Shown in pieces: positions 13,321 through 25,420 of a stretch of 63,808 nucleotides of DNA. Every line of letters starts with the position of its first letter. Positions within the stretch are counted from its first letter, which is position 1. The position numbers and the translations under genes are program-made. The notes under the pieces are model-generated. The model did not search any database and had not been told where the DNA came from. It saw only the letters and a program-made list of their open reading frames with translations. The stretch is from contig NC_068984.1 in assembly GCF_001194135.2 (NCBI RefSeq), forward strand, positions 65,740,119 to 65,803,926. Reading direction: 5' to 3'. This stretch comes from Octopus bimaculoides. Lineage: Eukaryota.

Positions 13321-14253
13321 NNNNNNNNNNNNNNNNNNNNNNNNNNNNNNNNNNNNNNNNNNNNNNNNNNNNNNNNNNNNNNNNNNNNNNNNNNNNNNNN
13401 NNNNNNNNNNNNNNNNNNNNNNNNNNNNNNNNNNNNNNNNNNNNNNNNNNNNNNNNNNNNNNNNNNNNNNNNNNNNNNNNNNNNNNNNNNNNNNNNNNNN
13501 NNNNNNNNNNNNNNNNNNNNNNNNNNNNNNNNNNNNNNNNNNNNNNNNNNNNNNNNNNNNNNNNNNNNNNNNNNNNNNNNNNNNNNNNNNNNNNNNNNNN
13601 NNNNNNNNNNNNNNNNNNNNNNNNNNNNNNNNNNNNNNNNNNNNNNNNNNNNNNNNNNNNNNNNNNNNNNNNNNNNNNNNNNNNNNNNNNNNNNNNNNNN
13701 NNNNNNNNNNNNNNNNNNNNNNNNNNNNNNNNNNNNNNNNNNNNNNNNNNNNNNNNNNNNNNNNNNNNNNNNNNNNNNNNNNNNNNNNNNNNNNNNNNNN
13801 NNNNNNNNNNNNNNNNNNNNNNNNNNNNNNNNNNNNNNNNNNNNNNNNNNNNNNNNNNNNNNNNNNNNNNNNNNNNNNNNNNNNNNNNNNNNNNNNNNNN
13901 NNNNNNNNNNNNNNNNNNNNNNNNNNNNNNNNNNNNNNNNNNNNNNNNNNNNNNNNNNNNNNNNNNNNNNNNNNNNNNNNNNNNNNNNNNNNNNNNNNNN
14001 NNNNNNNNNNNNNNNNNNNNNNNNNNNNNNNNNNNNNNNNNNNNNNNNNNNNNNNNNNNNNNNNNNNNNNNNNNNNNNNNNNNNNNNNNNNNNNNNNNNN
14101 NNNNNNNNNNNNNNNNNNNNNNNNNNNNNNNNNNNNNNNNNNNNNNNNNNNNNNNNNNNNNNNNNNNNNNNNNNNNNNNNNNNNNNNNNNNNNNNNNNNN
14201 NNNNNNNNNNNNNNNNNNNNNNNNNNNNNNNNNNNNNNNNNNNNNNNNNNNNN
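13321..14253. other. Assembly gap (N run) flanked by (TA)n and (GT)n
   Basis: N characters; ORF-track entries across it are artefacts. Confidence 1.
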
Positions 14254-14255
14254 TA

Positions 14256-14297
<42 letters not shown>

Positions 14298-14439
14298 TGT
14301 GTCTGTGTGTGTGTGTGTGTATAGACATACATGCGGACAACCACTCACCCACGTACATATTGATATTTATCGTCCTCATCATCAAAGTCATCATGTTAGT
14401 TATTACTACCGACAGCAGCAACATTACTTACAACGCTGA

Positions 14440-14950
14440 ACTATTGCATCATTGTCAATATCTCCGTATACCAACGGATGTCATATTTTCAGGTTACAAA
14501 CCAAAGTTCATAGCAAATATTTAATATCATCGATATTGTTTATCATGTGTATCATATGATATTTGTTCGGATTTCTAAGTGAAAGTTTCAATTTAAATAT
14601 ATTTAATATAAGGGCAGTATAACACAATGTAAACACATGGTATATTTGATTCATTTTCGCTCGATCAATAGACAGATATTGAAATCTGTGCAACCTTATT
14701 CGGATACGACAAGTTTCTCTTTAATATTGTGGATTTATCATACCTATGAACCTAATGCTTTCAAATGTGGTATAAAATTATGCAGGCAAACATTTACATC
14801 TAGACCTTTCAACATTTTTCCTATATGTTTCTCATTGAATTCTAATTTTCGTATTTCTCGTACATCGTTTGTAATGGGCTTTCGTAATCGATCTCTTCTC
14901 ATTTCGCCTATTAAGCAATTTCTTACAGGACTAAATATTTGCTGTTATTA
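14440..14950 (-). mobile_element. Possible further PLE RT N-terminal remnant
   Basis: LDVNVCLHNFIPHL resembles LKENNVSLLDFIPHI of the 16.7 kb copy; then TCR.., MINNIDDIK and KYDI..Y in the expected order. Very degenerate. Confidence 0.3.
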
Positions 14951-17872
14951 AATCTATTTAAGCACTATATCAATAATTTGTAAAACATATCAGTAACTGT
15001 ACAAATATGTTGACACATTTTTCTTCAGCCTGTCTATGTAACTTCCTTTTCTCTCTGTCGCACTTTCTACGGATTATACAATATAGCGCTTTTATATCTG
15101 ATCTTAAACAAAAACAATCTACAATCCTACTTTGTATGGAAACCTACTTTTATGAGGTTCAATATATGTACGTCTGTTTTCATTTTTTCTTCGGTGATCT
15201 TGAGAGTTGATATTAATTTTGATAGGAACCTTCGAATATATCCATTTGCTTTTATGTGCCTAAAAGCCAACTATAGCTAATGATTGATCGCAAGAGAATA
15301 TATAATATTAATGGAAATTTCTATGAAATACATATTGCATCATTTTTGTTTATATAGTACTTCAGTAGTATACATTCCGAACTCTTTGCAAATAGATTTA
15401 ATGCATAAGCATTTAAAAGATTACTTCATACTCCACAAATATATATGACCGTGCTCTGTAAGGGCAGTGTTACATAAGCAAAATTTTAATATCTTCCTTA
15501 TAGCTAACACTCAGACATAGTGATAGGTATTGTCTTATATTTGAAACCTCATCATACACAACACTGGTTTGTAATTTGACAATATATTACACAGTAACTT
15601 ATATGTAAAATTGTTACTTAGGGAAAATGGAATAAAGTTAATAGTATGGCTTCATTCTTAATACAAATTAATGCCCATCCAAGCTAAATCATTTTGCACT
15701 GATCTTATTTCTCACCACATGTACCATCAACGTACTAATGGACTATTCACAAAACCGATATCTTATTTTGCTTAATATAATACAAAATAATAATGGTGTG
15801 CGTATAAAGGGAAATAAAGTCGTCTGGTGCTACTGGTTTTTATTATAATCACAACGTTCCCCTAAAATATCAGAGCGTTAAGAAAAAAATGCTTAAAGTA
15901 CAGTCTTTTTGAGATGCACATATTATCTTAGATATATAAACGTGATTAACACTGAATTAACAGCTTACATTATAAAATTAAATTGTAAAGAAACGAAACT
16001 ACCAATTCATTACAGATGAATCACCCCAAAAATATCATATTTTACACGTAGATAAAATTGAATGGATTCAACTGGGAATCAGATTGTATTGTAAACGTGC
16101 TTTTACATATATGTAAAGATTGTGGTAAAGGACAGAAATATAATGAAATTTGAAATACGGAAACTGAATTTTTATGCCTATTTTCAAATATGAACAGTCA
16201 ATAACAAACTAATAATGTATCAAAATTAATTTTTAAATGCTCTAGATGTTTACATTTGAAGTATATTGAAAAGAATTGTTTTAATTCGAGTAGATATGTT
16301 TATACATTCGCTCTACGATTTGCCATTTTTTGGCAAGAACTGTAACCGTATGCTATTAGCGGTTTAAGAGTAGGATATAAAAATACATTACACATCTCAG
16401 TTGAAGTTGTTTCACTTTACATTCGCTGTTAATGACCCTGGAGTTGGAAGAAATCCAAAAGGAAATTAACTATTCAAAGTAAATTGCTCTCATGCTAAAC
16501 ATAGCATGCAGATTCTGAAAATATTTACAAGACAAATAATTGAAAGAAAGAAATTTATTGAAAAGGAAATAATTAGAATGCGAATGTGCATATATTTTAT
16601 ATCCAATGATCTACAGCTAATGAAAGATTTATCGAAAGCTCTCTGACGCAGCATTAATTTATTATAAACAAATGCTCATTCATATATTGGGAAAATAATT
16701 TGTTTGTTTGGCGATCAAAGGCGATAATGTTATTGATCAAATGTTGACAATTTCATTTGATAACGTAGACTTAAAAGAAAATAATGTTTCACTCTTGGAC
16801 TTTATACCACACATTTACATGATTCTTAATGATAACAGTGTAATCGGTAATGCGAAAGTAGAATTTAGTAGGCATCCTATCGGGAAATACTTAACAAGAA
16901 AGTAGAATTTCTTTACATAGTTAATACATACCTTTTCGAAACTGAAATATATATTAAAAAGAAAAAAAGCCTGACATTTATGGACAGAACACTTTAGTGT
17001 CTGTGGCCCTCAATAACGCTCTCAATTTCGCAGAAAGACACACACACCTTTTTATGAGGGAAATAAATGTAATACTCACTGCTCGGAAGACTGCTATCGA
17101 ATTTGATAACAAGCTATGGGCAAGAAAAGACACACCAGACCTCTTTGATATTACAATGGGATCGCCAGACTCCCCGGAAACGACTGACCTGGTAGGTCTT
17201 TATATCTTAGACAATATAGGTAGGGAATTTCCTGAATTAACTGGAGGTCTCTATAGAGATGACGCACCATTTTTGGTTGAAAACATTTCGAATAGACGTC
17301 TCGAACTGCTTTAAAAAATCTACATAAATTCTTCCATACGTTTGGCCTATCCATAACAATTGAAAATAAAAATTATTCGATAAATTATTTGGATCTAATT
17401 TGCAACCAAAATACCGGATTACACGAGACGTAGGTAAAGGGAAATTCTAATTTAAGATATATAAATAGTTCAAGTAATTATCCCCTGCAGATAAAAAAAA
17501 GCACTACTGCTAAATATAAGTAAAAGAATTTCAAACCTCTCCTCTAATGAAGAGATATTTAATAAACATAAGGAAAGACACAATGTGGCACTAAAAAATG
17601 CAGGATATAAGGATGGAATTAAATACATCCACAATAATAATAACCGTAATAGTCGGGATGGAGCAACTACCTCCAAAATGATTAATATTGTCAAATGTAG
17701 CACTGCCAAAGATAGAAATAGAAACAAAAATAATAATTATAACAACAGTAATAACAATAATAATATTAATAATATTAATAAGAGAAATATAGAAAATAGG
17801 ATAAGTCAACCAATGGAAACAATAGTAATAAAAGTAATAGTGCTAATAACAGTAATAACAATAATGATGATG

Positions 17873-17954
<82 letters not shown>

Positions 17955-17962
17955 TAATAATT
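17873..17962 (+). repeat. (AAT)n microsatellite inside the PLE RT-linker region
   Basis: Near-pure aat run. Confidence 0.98.
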
Positions 17963-18570
17963 ATGGACGAAATAACAGTTTTAAAAACAATAGGTATAAT
18001 AGTAATAACAACAACAAAAACTGTAACATAATGAATAATATTAAATATAATATTCGAATCATGAATAATACCGGAAAATCTACGCATAACATAGGCAACT
18101 CTTATAAAGACAATAATGGGGTGGATACTCTCTGGCTGATAATCCCCTTCGCCATACAAATCAAAAATGATATAGTAAAAACAATCTTCAATCTGATCTA
18201 TAAACACTTTGCAAAAGGAAAAAAAACAATATTGGGAGTTAATTAATAGCAAAACAATAAGAATAGGATATAGCCTAACACACAACCTGGCTACCATAAT
18301 CTCCTCAATTAACAATAGAAAACTGGACGTTTTCAATATAAGTAGGAAGAATAACATAGACAACACAAACATATATAAGAACAATAAAACCTATAATAAT
18401 AATGGTTTTAATAATAATAATGATAATATGATTTTTTTTTCTTAAATACATGTTTTACCTATGAATTTGCGTGTGTAAATTGGGAATGCATACAACGTTT
18501 CTCTGCCCTAGGTGTACGGAAAACACTCGGCGAGAAATGGGGAAAAAATTGAAGAAAGAAGAAAAAAAAC

Positions 18571-18630
<60 letters not shown>
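18571..18630 (+). repeat. (ATA/AAT)20 tract immediately 5' of the R4/Dong element
   Basis: 60 nt of pure triplet repeat. Confidence 0.98.
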
Positions 18631-18632
<2 letters not shown>

Positions 18633-20420
18633 GGCCTTCGACAGTGTTCCCCACACGTGGATTCTGGCACCAATTATTATAAAATACATAGGGCACTCAA
18701 TGAACAAATGGCAAACAGTGCTAGAGCTCGAAACAAAAGAGTGACTTGTGAAAACGAAAGCCATCGCCATTAGAAGAGGAATATTCCAGGGAGACACGCT
18801 CTCTCCACTCCTGTTCTGTCTGGCACTCACACCTTTAACAGAATTGCTAAACAGAACTGGATGCGGTTACAAATGCTACGGAAAAACAGTCAGCCACCTT
18901 CTATATATGGATGACCTAAAATTATATGCTAAAAACGACAAAGAGCTAGAAACACTACTACATACAGTACACGGCTTTACCAAGGAAATAGTTATGAAAT
19001 TCGGATTAGAACAATGTGCCAAAGCAACCCTGAAAAGAGGAACATTAGTTAAAAGTAGCAGTATAACACTAGATAAAGCCAATGAAATAAGAGAACTAGA
19101 CGAAAGCCAACCATACAAGTATTTAGGAGTCAATGAACTAGATAGGATACAACATACACAAATGAAAGGAAAAATAAAGAAAGAGTACTATAAACGAGTT
19201 TTGATCAATACTAAAAACAGAGCTCAATGCTAAAAACAAGATAATGGGTATCAACACTTTAGCTGTCCCAGTTATAAGCTGCAGCAACAACATCCTTAAC
19301 TGGACACTAAACGAACTATGTAAAATAGNNNNNNNNNNNNNNNNNNNNNNNNNNNNNNNNNNNNNNNNNNNNNNNNNNNNNNNNNNNNNNNNNNNNNNNN
19401 NNNNNNNNNNNNNNNNNNNNNNNNNNNNNNNNNNNNNNNNNNNNNNNNNNNNNNNNNNNNNNNNNNNNNNNNNNNNNNNNNNNNNNNNNNNNNNNNNNNN
19501 NNNNNNNNNNNNNNNNNNNNNNNNNNNNNNNNNNNNNNNNNNNNNNNNNNNNNNNNNNNNNNNNNNNNNNNNNNNNNNNNNNNNNNNNNNNNNNNNNNNN
19601 NNNNNNNNNNNNNNNNNNNNNNNNNNNNNNNNNNNNNNNNNNNNNNNNNNNNNNNNNNNNNNNNNNNNNNNNNNNNNNNNNNNNNNNNNNNNNNNNNNNN
19701 NNNNNNNNNNNNNNNNNNNNNNNNNNNNNNNNNNNNNNNNNNNNNNNNNNNNNNNNNNNNNNNNNNNNNNNNNNNNNNNNNNNNNNNNNNNNNNNNNNNN
19801 NNNNNNNNNNNNNNNNNNNNNNNNNNNNNNNNNNNNNNNNNNNNNNNNNNNNNNNNNNNNNNNNNNNNNNNNNNNNNNNNNNNNNNNNNNNNNNNNNNNN
19901 NNNNNNNNNNNNNNNNNNNNNNNNNNNNNNNNNNNNNNNNNNNNNNNNNNNNNNNNNNNNNNNNNNNNNNNNNNNNNNNNNNNNNNNNNNNNNNNNNNNN
20001 NNNNNNNNNNNNNNNNNNNNNNNNNNNNNNNNNNNNNNNNNNNNNNNNNNNNNNNNNNNNNNNNNNNNNNNNNNNNNNNNNNNNNNNNNNNNNNNNNNNN
20101 NNNNNNNNNNNNNNNNNNNNNNNNNNNNNNNNNNNNNNNNNNNNNNNNNNNNNNNNNNNNNNNNNNNNNNNNNNNNNNNNNNNNCTTAGGTATAATAAAA
20201 AAAAAATATTCAGACAAATACATAACAAAAACACCAGGACTTACAAATATATATAACATACAGAAAATTGCACTATTGCGTACTGCACACATCCTACGCA
20301 AAACACTTTCAATACAGTAAACATAAGAGCACCACAGCAAACCACAGCACATACCCAAGGCGCACAGAGCTGCGCTCGGTAGTGAAGTGAAAGCACGTTA
20401 TAAAAATAAAACTACTGAAC
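18631..20420 (+). mobile_element. R4/Dong-clade non-LTR retrotransposon (RT plus RLE), 5'-truncated, inserted in (AAT)n
   Basis: Starts abruptly at KAFDSVPHTWI. Then IRRGIFQGDTLSPLLFCLALTPL, HLLYMDDLKLYAK (YMDD 18904-18915), YKYLG and INTLAVPVI. After the gap comes the RLE-type C-terminus IQKIALLRTAHILRKTLSIQ* (stop 20320), a 100-nt 3'UTR and then (AAT)n. Confidence 0.9.
19329..20184. other. Assembly gap within the Dong element
   Basis: N run. Confidence 1.
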
Positions 20421-20435
20421 AATAATAATAACAAC

Positions 20436-20505
<70 letters not shown>

Positions 20506-20640
20506 TTAATAATAATAATAATGATTATAATATTGATAATAGAAACAATAATAATAAAAATAATAATAATAGTAGTAGTAGTAATGATAATAATAGTACA
20601 AGTAAGAACAGAAGTATTAATATTAATTATGATAGTAGTA
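20421..20640 (+). repeat. (AAT)n grading into degenerate AAT/AGT repeats (PLE linker resumed)
   Basis: Pure aat to about 20520, then imperfect. Confidence 0.95.
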
Positions 20641-21399
20641 AGAATACTAACATTGTTAATAACAATAGAATAAACAATAACAGCATCATAGGGATCAACA
20701 ATAACCGAAACAAATAGTAATACCATGGAAAATATTAACGCCAACCATATAAACAACGTGCACGAATGGAAAAAAAAATTGAAATTGTAGAATAAGTGAT
20801 AGTTGTGTTTTTAGAAATAGCTGCATTAAAAAAGAGGTAGTATATCAATGTGTAGTAAGTACATTTTGATAGTAGGGTATATGTGGGTGCGACTAAAAAC
20901 GGTATGAAACAGAGACTAAATTATCACAATTATACGTTCAGGAACATGAATAGAAGGAATTCTACCGGATTAAGTAGCTACATATAGGAACTCAAAGATA
21001 AGAATACTAACTATAACCTACACTGGGAAATATTAACATCCGCACCTGCATACAATAATAAGACTAGAAAATGCTTATTATGTATCAATGACATTTTTTC
21101 CTAATTAGGGCCCAAATTCCACTTACTAACAATCTGAAAGAACGTAACTTGTCCTGCCTTCATGAAATTGGGTATACCTTCCCAAAATATAAGTAGAACC
21201 AAGTATTAAGATACCACTCCTGATGTAATAGTGGTTATTTAGAGTTAACCACTGTTACTATACTATATTGTAGGAGCTAAAACATGATATTTATGTATAT
21301 GTATTGAATGTAAATAGAACTTAGTTCTACAACACCACATCTGATGTGATGGTACTTAATTAGAGTTTACTGATATTGTATTAGATAATTAAGCAGACA

Positions 21400-21960
21400 T
21401 ATGTAAATGAGTATATATATGTTTAGTTGGATATAATTATGTTAAAGTACGCATACATACACCTGTGAAGAGTTATTACTGTAAGTACTATTTCTGTATT
21501 GATATAAGTATTTGTAGGCATATGTGTGTATATATATATATATATGTATGTGTATATGTGTGGGTGTATATATATATATGTGTGTGTATATGCATATGTG
21601 TATATGTACATATATGTATATATGTATATGTATGTATATATGTGTATGGGTGTGTCTATTTGTCTATATGTCTATATATATCTGTATGTACGTATATATG
21701 TACTTATATATTTGCAATCATTTATGGGTATATCATGTACTTGTAAATGTATCTATTTAGATACATGCATCTATATGTACACATATATGTAGTTGTAGGC
21801 GGGTATGCACTTATATATGGGTATGTATATATGCTTGTATTGACAATTAGGTATGTATAATATGCCTACATGTATATGTAGATGTATATACTCATGTACG
21901 AATACAGTTATATGGATGTGTGTGTAGATGTGTGTGTATGTAAGTAGGTGTGTGTGCGTG
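21400..21960. repeat. Compound (TA)n/(TG)n/(TATG)n low-complexity tract
   Basis: Direct reading. Confidence 0.95.
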
Positions 21961-21991
21961 GTTGTGTGGGGTGTGTGAGTGTGTACGCGTC

Positions 21992-23320
21992 TACCGTCCC
22001 AAATTATTAGGTAGTTCTAATAAAAATGCTAAATATGCAAAAACAAACAATTATTTAATGCGGCAATTAATTTTTAGCATCAAATATAATCATAACGCAC
22101 TTTATAATGAACATGATAATATGTTTAAATGAAAATAATACAAGAAATATGATGTCATAATGTTCTGAATGATGGAAGTATGATCCTCCTCATGAAAACG
22201 TCCCTGATGCGTTTATCCATTGAATTTGCCAAGGGAACTATTTCATCTGGTGTAATACTCGCAGTCGTATCCACAATAGCTTTCCAGAGTGCCTCTTTCG
22301 TTGAAAACTGCCTTCCATCTTGATATATCTTCCTCTACAGAACACTTCATAGATGTTCAATCGGGTTTGTGTCGAGTGAACATGCTGACCACCCCCACAA
22401 ACGGCGTCCAGAGAGGCTTAATTGCTGTAGGTATTCAAGAGATTTCTTAGTTAAATGAGAGAGCGAATTATCTTGCATGAATACCAGCGTTAACTTTAAA
22501 GAAACTTTTAGCTTCTTCAACCATGGCTTAAAATTGTTCTCCAAAAAGGCAATATAGGCATTAGATGTCATCTTAATTTCATCTGGACAAACCAACTTTT
22601 TTCCAATGATGCCAGCCCTAATCATGACTGTGCATGCGCTTTGTTGGCATCTCAAACGATGAGGACGATTTCCGCCGATTGCAACCTATCGTTTGCTGCA
22701 CCCATCTGGTCCATTTGGGTAGCATGGCATTCATCAATAAAGAAGACTTTTGAAAAATCTATTTTCATGTAGTCTTCTGCTCTTTTGCTTCTGTTATATT
22801 TGTGAACAACTTTCAGAGGGGGCTTTGTTACAGGTTTTACGTACTTGACTACCTAGTAGATTTCGAAATGTCTTGCTGACCACAACGTTTAAATACATCT
22901 CGACTAGTCAGATACGTGTTCTTCGCAACATCCCTCGATATACTTGACAGAGTATGCCTGGAAACAACACTCGATTTACCCTTGTCAGCCCTCGAACGGA
23001 CAGTCAGATATTTCCAAAGTCGTTTTTGTTTTTACAAACTCTGAGACGATGGTGGACTTCTCACTTGATCTTAAATCACGTTTTCGACTCACAATAACAC
23101 TTTATTGGGCACTTGCCTAATAATTTAAGGCGGTAAAATTGTTGCTGTCTCACGAAAATTGCCGCCGTTTGTTTACATCTGTGCGGATCCAATTTATTTA
23201 ACTACTGTATACGCAGGCAGATGTTACCATCATTCAAGGAAAAAATATCTGGATTCGAACGAATAAATACTCTGTAATTTCGTAAAAACGGAGCTGCTTA
23301 ATAATTTGACACGCCGTGTA
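21992..23320 (-). mobile_element. Tc1-like (DD34E) DNA transposon, near full length, decayed
   Basis: ORF 22347-22655: VMIRAGIIG..KMTSNAYIAFLENNFKPW..FMQDNSLSH..WSACSLDTNPIEHL. Degenerate TIRs: cgtcccaaattattaggtagttc (about 21995) and gagctgcttaataatttgacacgccgtg followed by TA (23291-23320). Confidence 0.85.
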
Positions 23321-24539
23321 TACACAGACAGACTCACACACACACGCACACACATATGCATAAATAAATGCATACAGAGAAGCATACATCAGGATTTAAA
23401 CACATTATCTCATTGGAACCGAGTGTAATGTCGTAGAATACTGAACCCTACCTTCTAAATTTGCTGTTGTGCTAAGACGCGAAACAATTATTCTCGAATT
23501 GTTTGAGATATAATGCTACACATTATACCTCCGACTCCTCCAGGATTCAAATATTAGCACGACCATCTGTGACACGCATCCCTTTTGTAGGGAGTGGTTG
23601 CAATAAAATAATAGATTATCGAAACTCTAACGGTGTTAGATTGGACGTCATGATGTATATAATCCGGCTTGCAATGTTTCTGAGCTCAAATATCTCCATC
23701 ATCTATATGGGTAGCTGATTTTATTTATATGATCATCTGGCATTTTAATTCATTTTGTCGAGTCCACCGAATGGGAAGAAGTCGGGCAAGCTCTCCGGTC
23801 TAAAAATTAGGCACATTCTCATGCACTTAAACATACATATGATGTGTTTTGCTCTGCGTGTGTGTGCCTATGTGTATCTTTATATACAGATAAAGACATT
23901 GTGTCTGCCGTTCGCGAAGAATAAGATTACAAAATTGTTTAGGTGTTCATGCACATACACTCATACATACTCATTATCTATATTGCCCATCATCGAATGA
24001 TTGTAACAAAGGATTTGACCGCTTGTATTGGTGAGTGCTCTCTTACAGAACTAGACCAATGGATGTTTAACCGAATGAGCGATAATCAATGTTCGCCCCA
24101 TAAGACTTTAATTTCGGAATGCAAGCCTATAAATATATACATTTATCATTCAACAACGGTTGTAGATGAATAATATACTTAACATAGCTGCTTTTTTTCT
24201 GTCGCAGCCGGCGTCTTCCAAGCAGTTTCACTAATTCAGTTTTAATCGAAATCAAGTTTAGTGTTTTGAATTATGTTTGACTAGTGACAAGCTACATTTA
24301 GACATAGAATACTTACAATTCGGTGCAGTAGAACAAAAGTTAAGGTAGAGACGTCAGTACTCTTATCTATAAGGATGTTTTAAATTACTCGCTACAGCAC
24401 ACGCTTCTATGCAGACAACATGGCAATAGTTTTCTTACAGCAATATATTATTGAATAATTAATGGTACATATTCCATTGTTTTTGGCCTTGGCTTCCTTG
24501 TGCTATCTGACGAAGGATGGTGACTACGGAACTAATTTT

Positions 24540-25420
24540 CATCACTCTTTTGAAATGAGATGCAATGGTGATAGCGCCTAAGTTTGCTCTCTGTCATCAA
24601 TATTGGTAATGTCATGTTCAATGTTATATGTGTTTACAAGGGTAGGAAATGTTAATGTGTCGTAGGCACCAAGGTCTCAGTAGATGGTTTCATGTAGAAC
24701 TTCATGCCGAAAAATATCTTTGCTTTGTGTTTTAGTTTGAGATCAACTAGGGAAGAGATTTTTCTTACAAATGTGTTCAACTCTAAATCGGACACTCTTA
24801 TTATCGAATAAATTACATTCTACATATGGCATCTCTACAACTCGCGAGTGTAAGAATGTTGTCCATGTTCCTTTGAAGGAATTGTAAATAATCTCTTTTG
24901 ATTTATTTGTTTTATTTTGATATTGCGCTCTTGGGATGAAGAATGTTGAAATGTTGCGTAGAGATTAAGTACGATGCTGAAGAAGTACAATTTACGAGTG
25001 ACGAATTTTAAATTACGTTAAAACTTGGCTTGAGGTAACGACAGGATTTGGTTGACGAAGTGAAACATAGGAAGTTTAGCAGGTGAAATGGTTGTGATAG
25101 CAAGTATAGTGATGTAAGCATAGGAACACATCAGAAGATTTCTGCAGATAATACAAGAAAGCAACCTATATACAATTAGTCATGCAGACTCTCCTTACGA
25201 AGTACGTCACGGATACAGGGTGTAATGAAAAACATTCTTTTAAAGCTGGTTGGCTGATAAACAAAAATATATTTTAAGTTGTTCTTGAGGCATTTAATCA
25301 AGAAAGAATGAAGCAGAAACTGAGAAATATACGACAGATATGATAATAAGTCGCAGATATATCTTTGGCGATAGGTTGTGTAGTAACCATTGTTGGATTT
25401 AGGCATTTCTCAAATTTGGT
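24540..25420 (-). mobile_element. Possible PLE N-terminal/RT remnant
   Basis: HSFLIKCLKNNL in ORF 25176-25406 resembles the PLE N-terminal motif; downstream weak LGAYDT and ALSPL matches. Speculative. Confidence 0.25.

Larger units (their letters stand above)
16700..21196 (+). mobile_element. Penelope-like element copy 2 (RT, linker, CxC, GIY-YIG), interrupted by R4/Dong insertion(s)
   Basis: LFDITMGSPDSPETTDLVGLYIL..GGLYRDDA (YRDD at 17252-17263); RISNLSSNEEIFN..ALKNAGY; TLWLIIPFAIQIK..IYKHF..TIRIGYS..NLATIISSINNRKL (18125-18330). After the Dong insert: NCRISDSCVFRNSCIKKEVVYQC..VYVGAT (20877)..YNNKTRKCLLCIND..LSCLHEIGYTFPKYK* (stop 21194-21196). The motif set resembles my recollection of the Hydra PLE clade. 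Confidence 0.85.

Noticed and set aside
13193-14524. Long 350-420-aa ORFs in the ORF track (also 19138-20358, 43075-43822, 46589-47292, 53149-53425, 62087-62593)
   Set aside because: They are runs of X across N gaps plus microsatellite translations, not genes.
11584-15470. Recurring 10-13-mer taagggcagt(gtt) at about 11589, 14608 and 15459
   Set aside because: The flanks do not align beyond the word. One copy is the PLE HCPL codons; the rest is not supportable.
17806-18830. Poly-Ile, poly-Asn, poly-Leu and poly-Tyr ORFs
   Set aside because: Translations of (AAT)n in different frames. Only the PLE and Dong frames carry real motifs.
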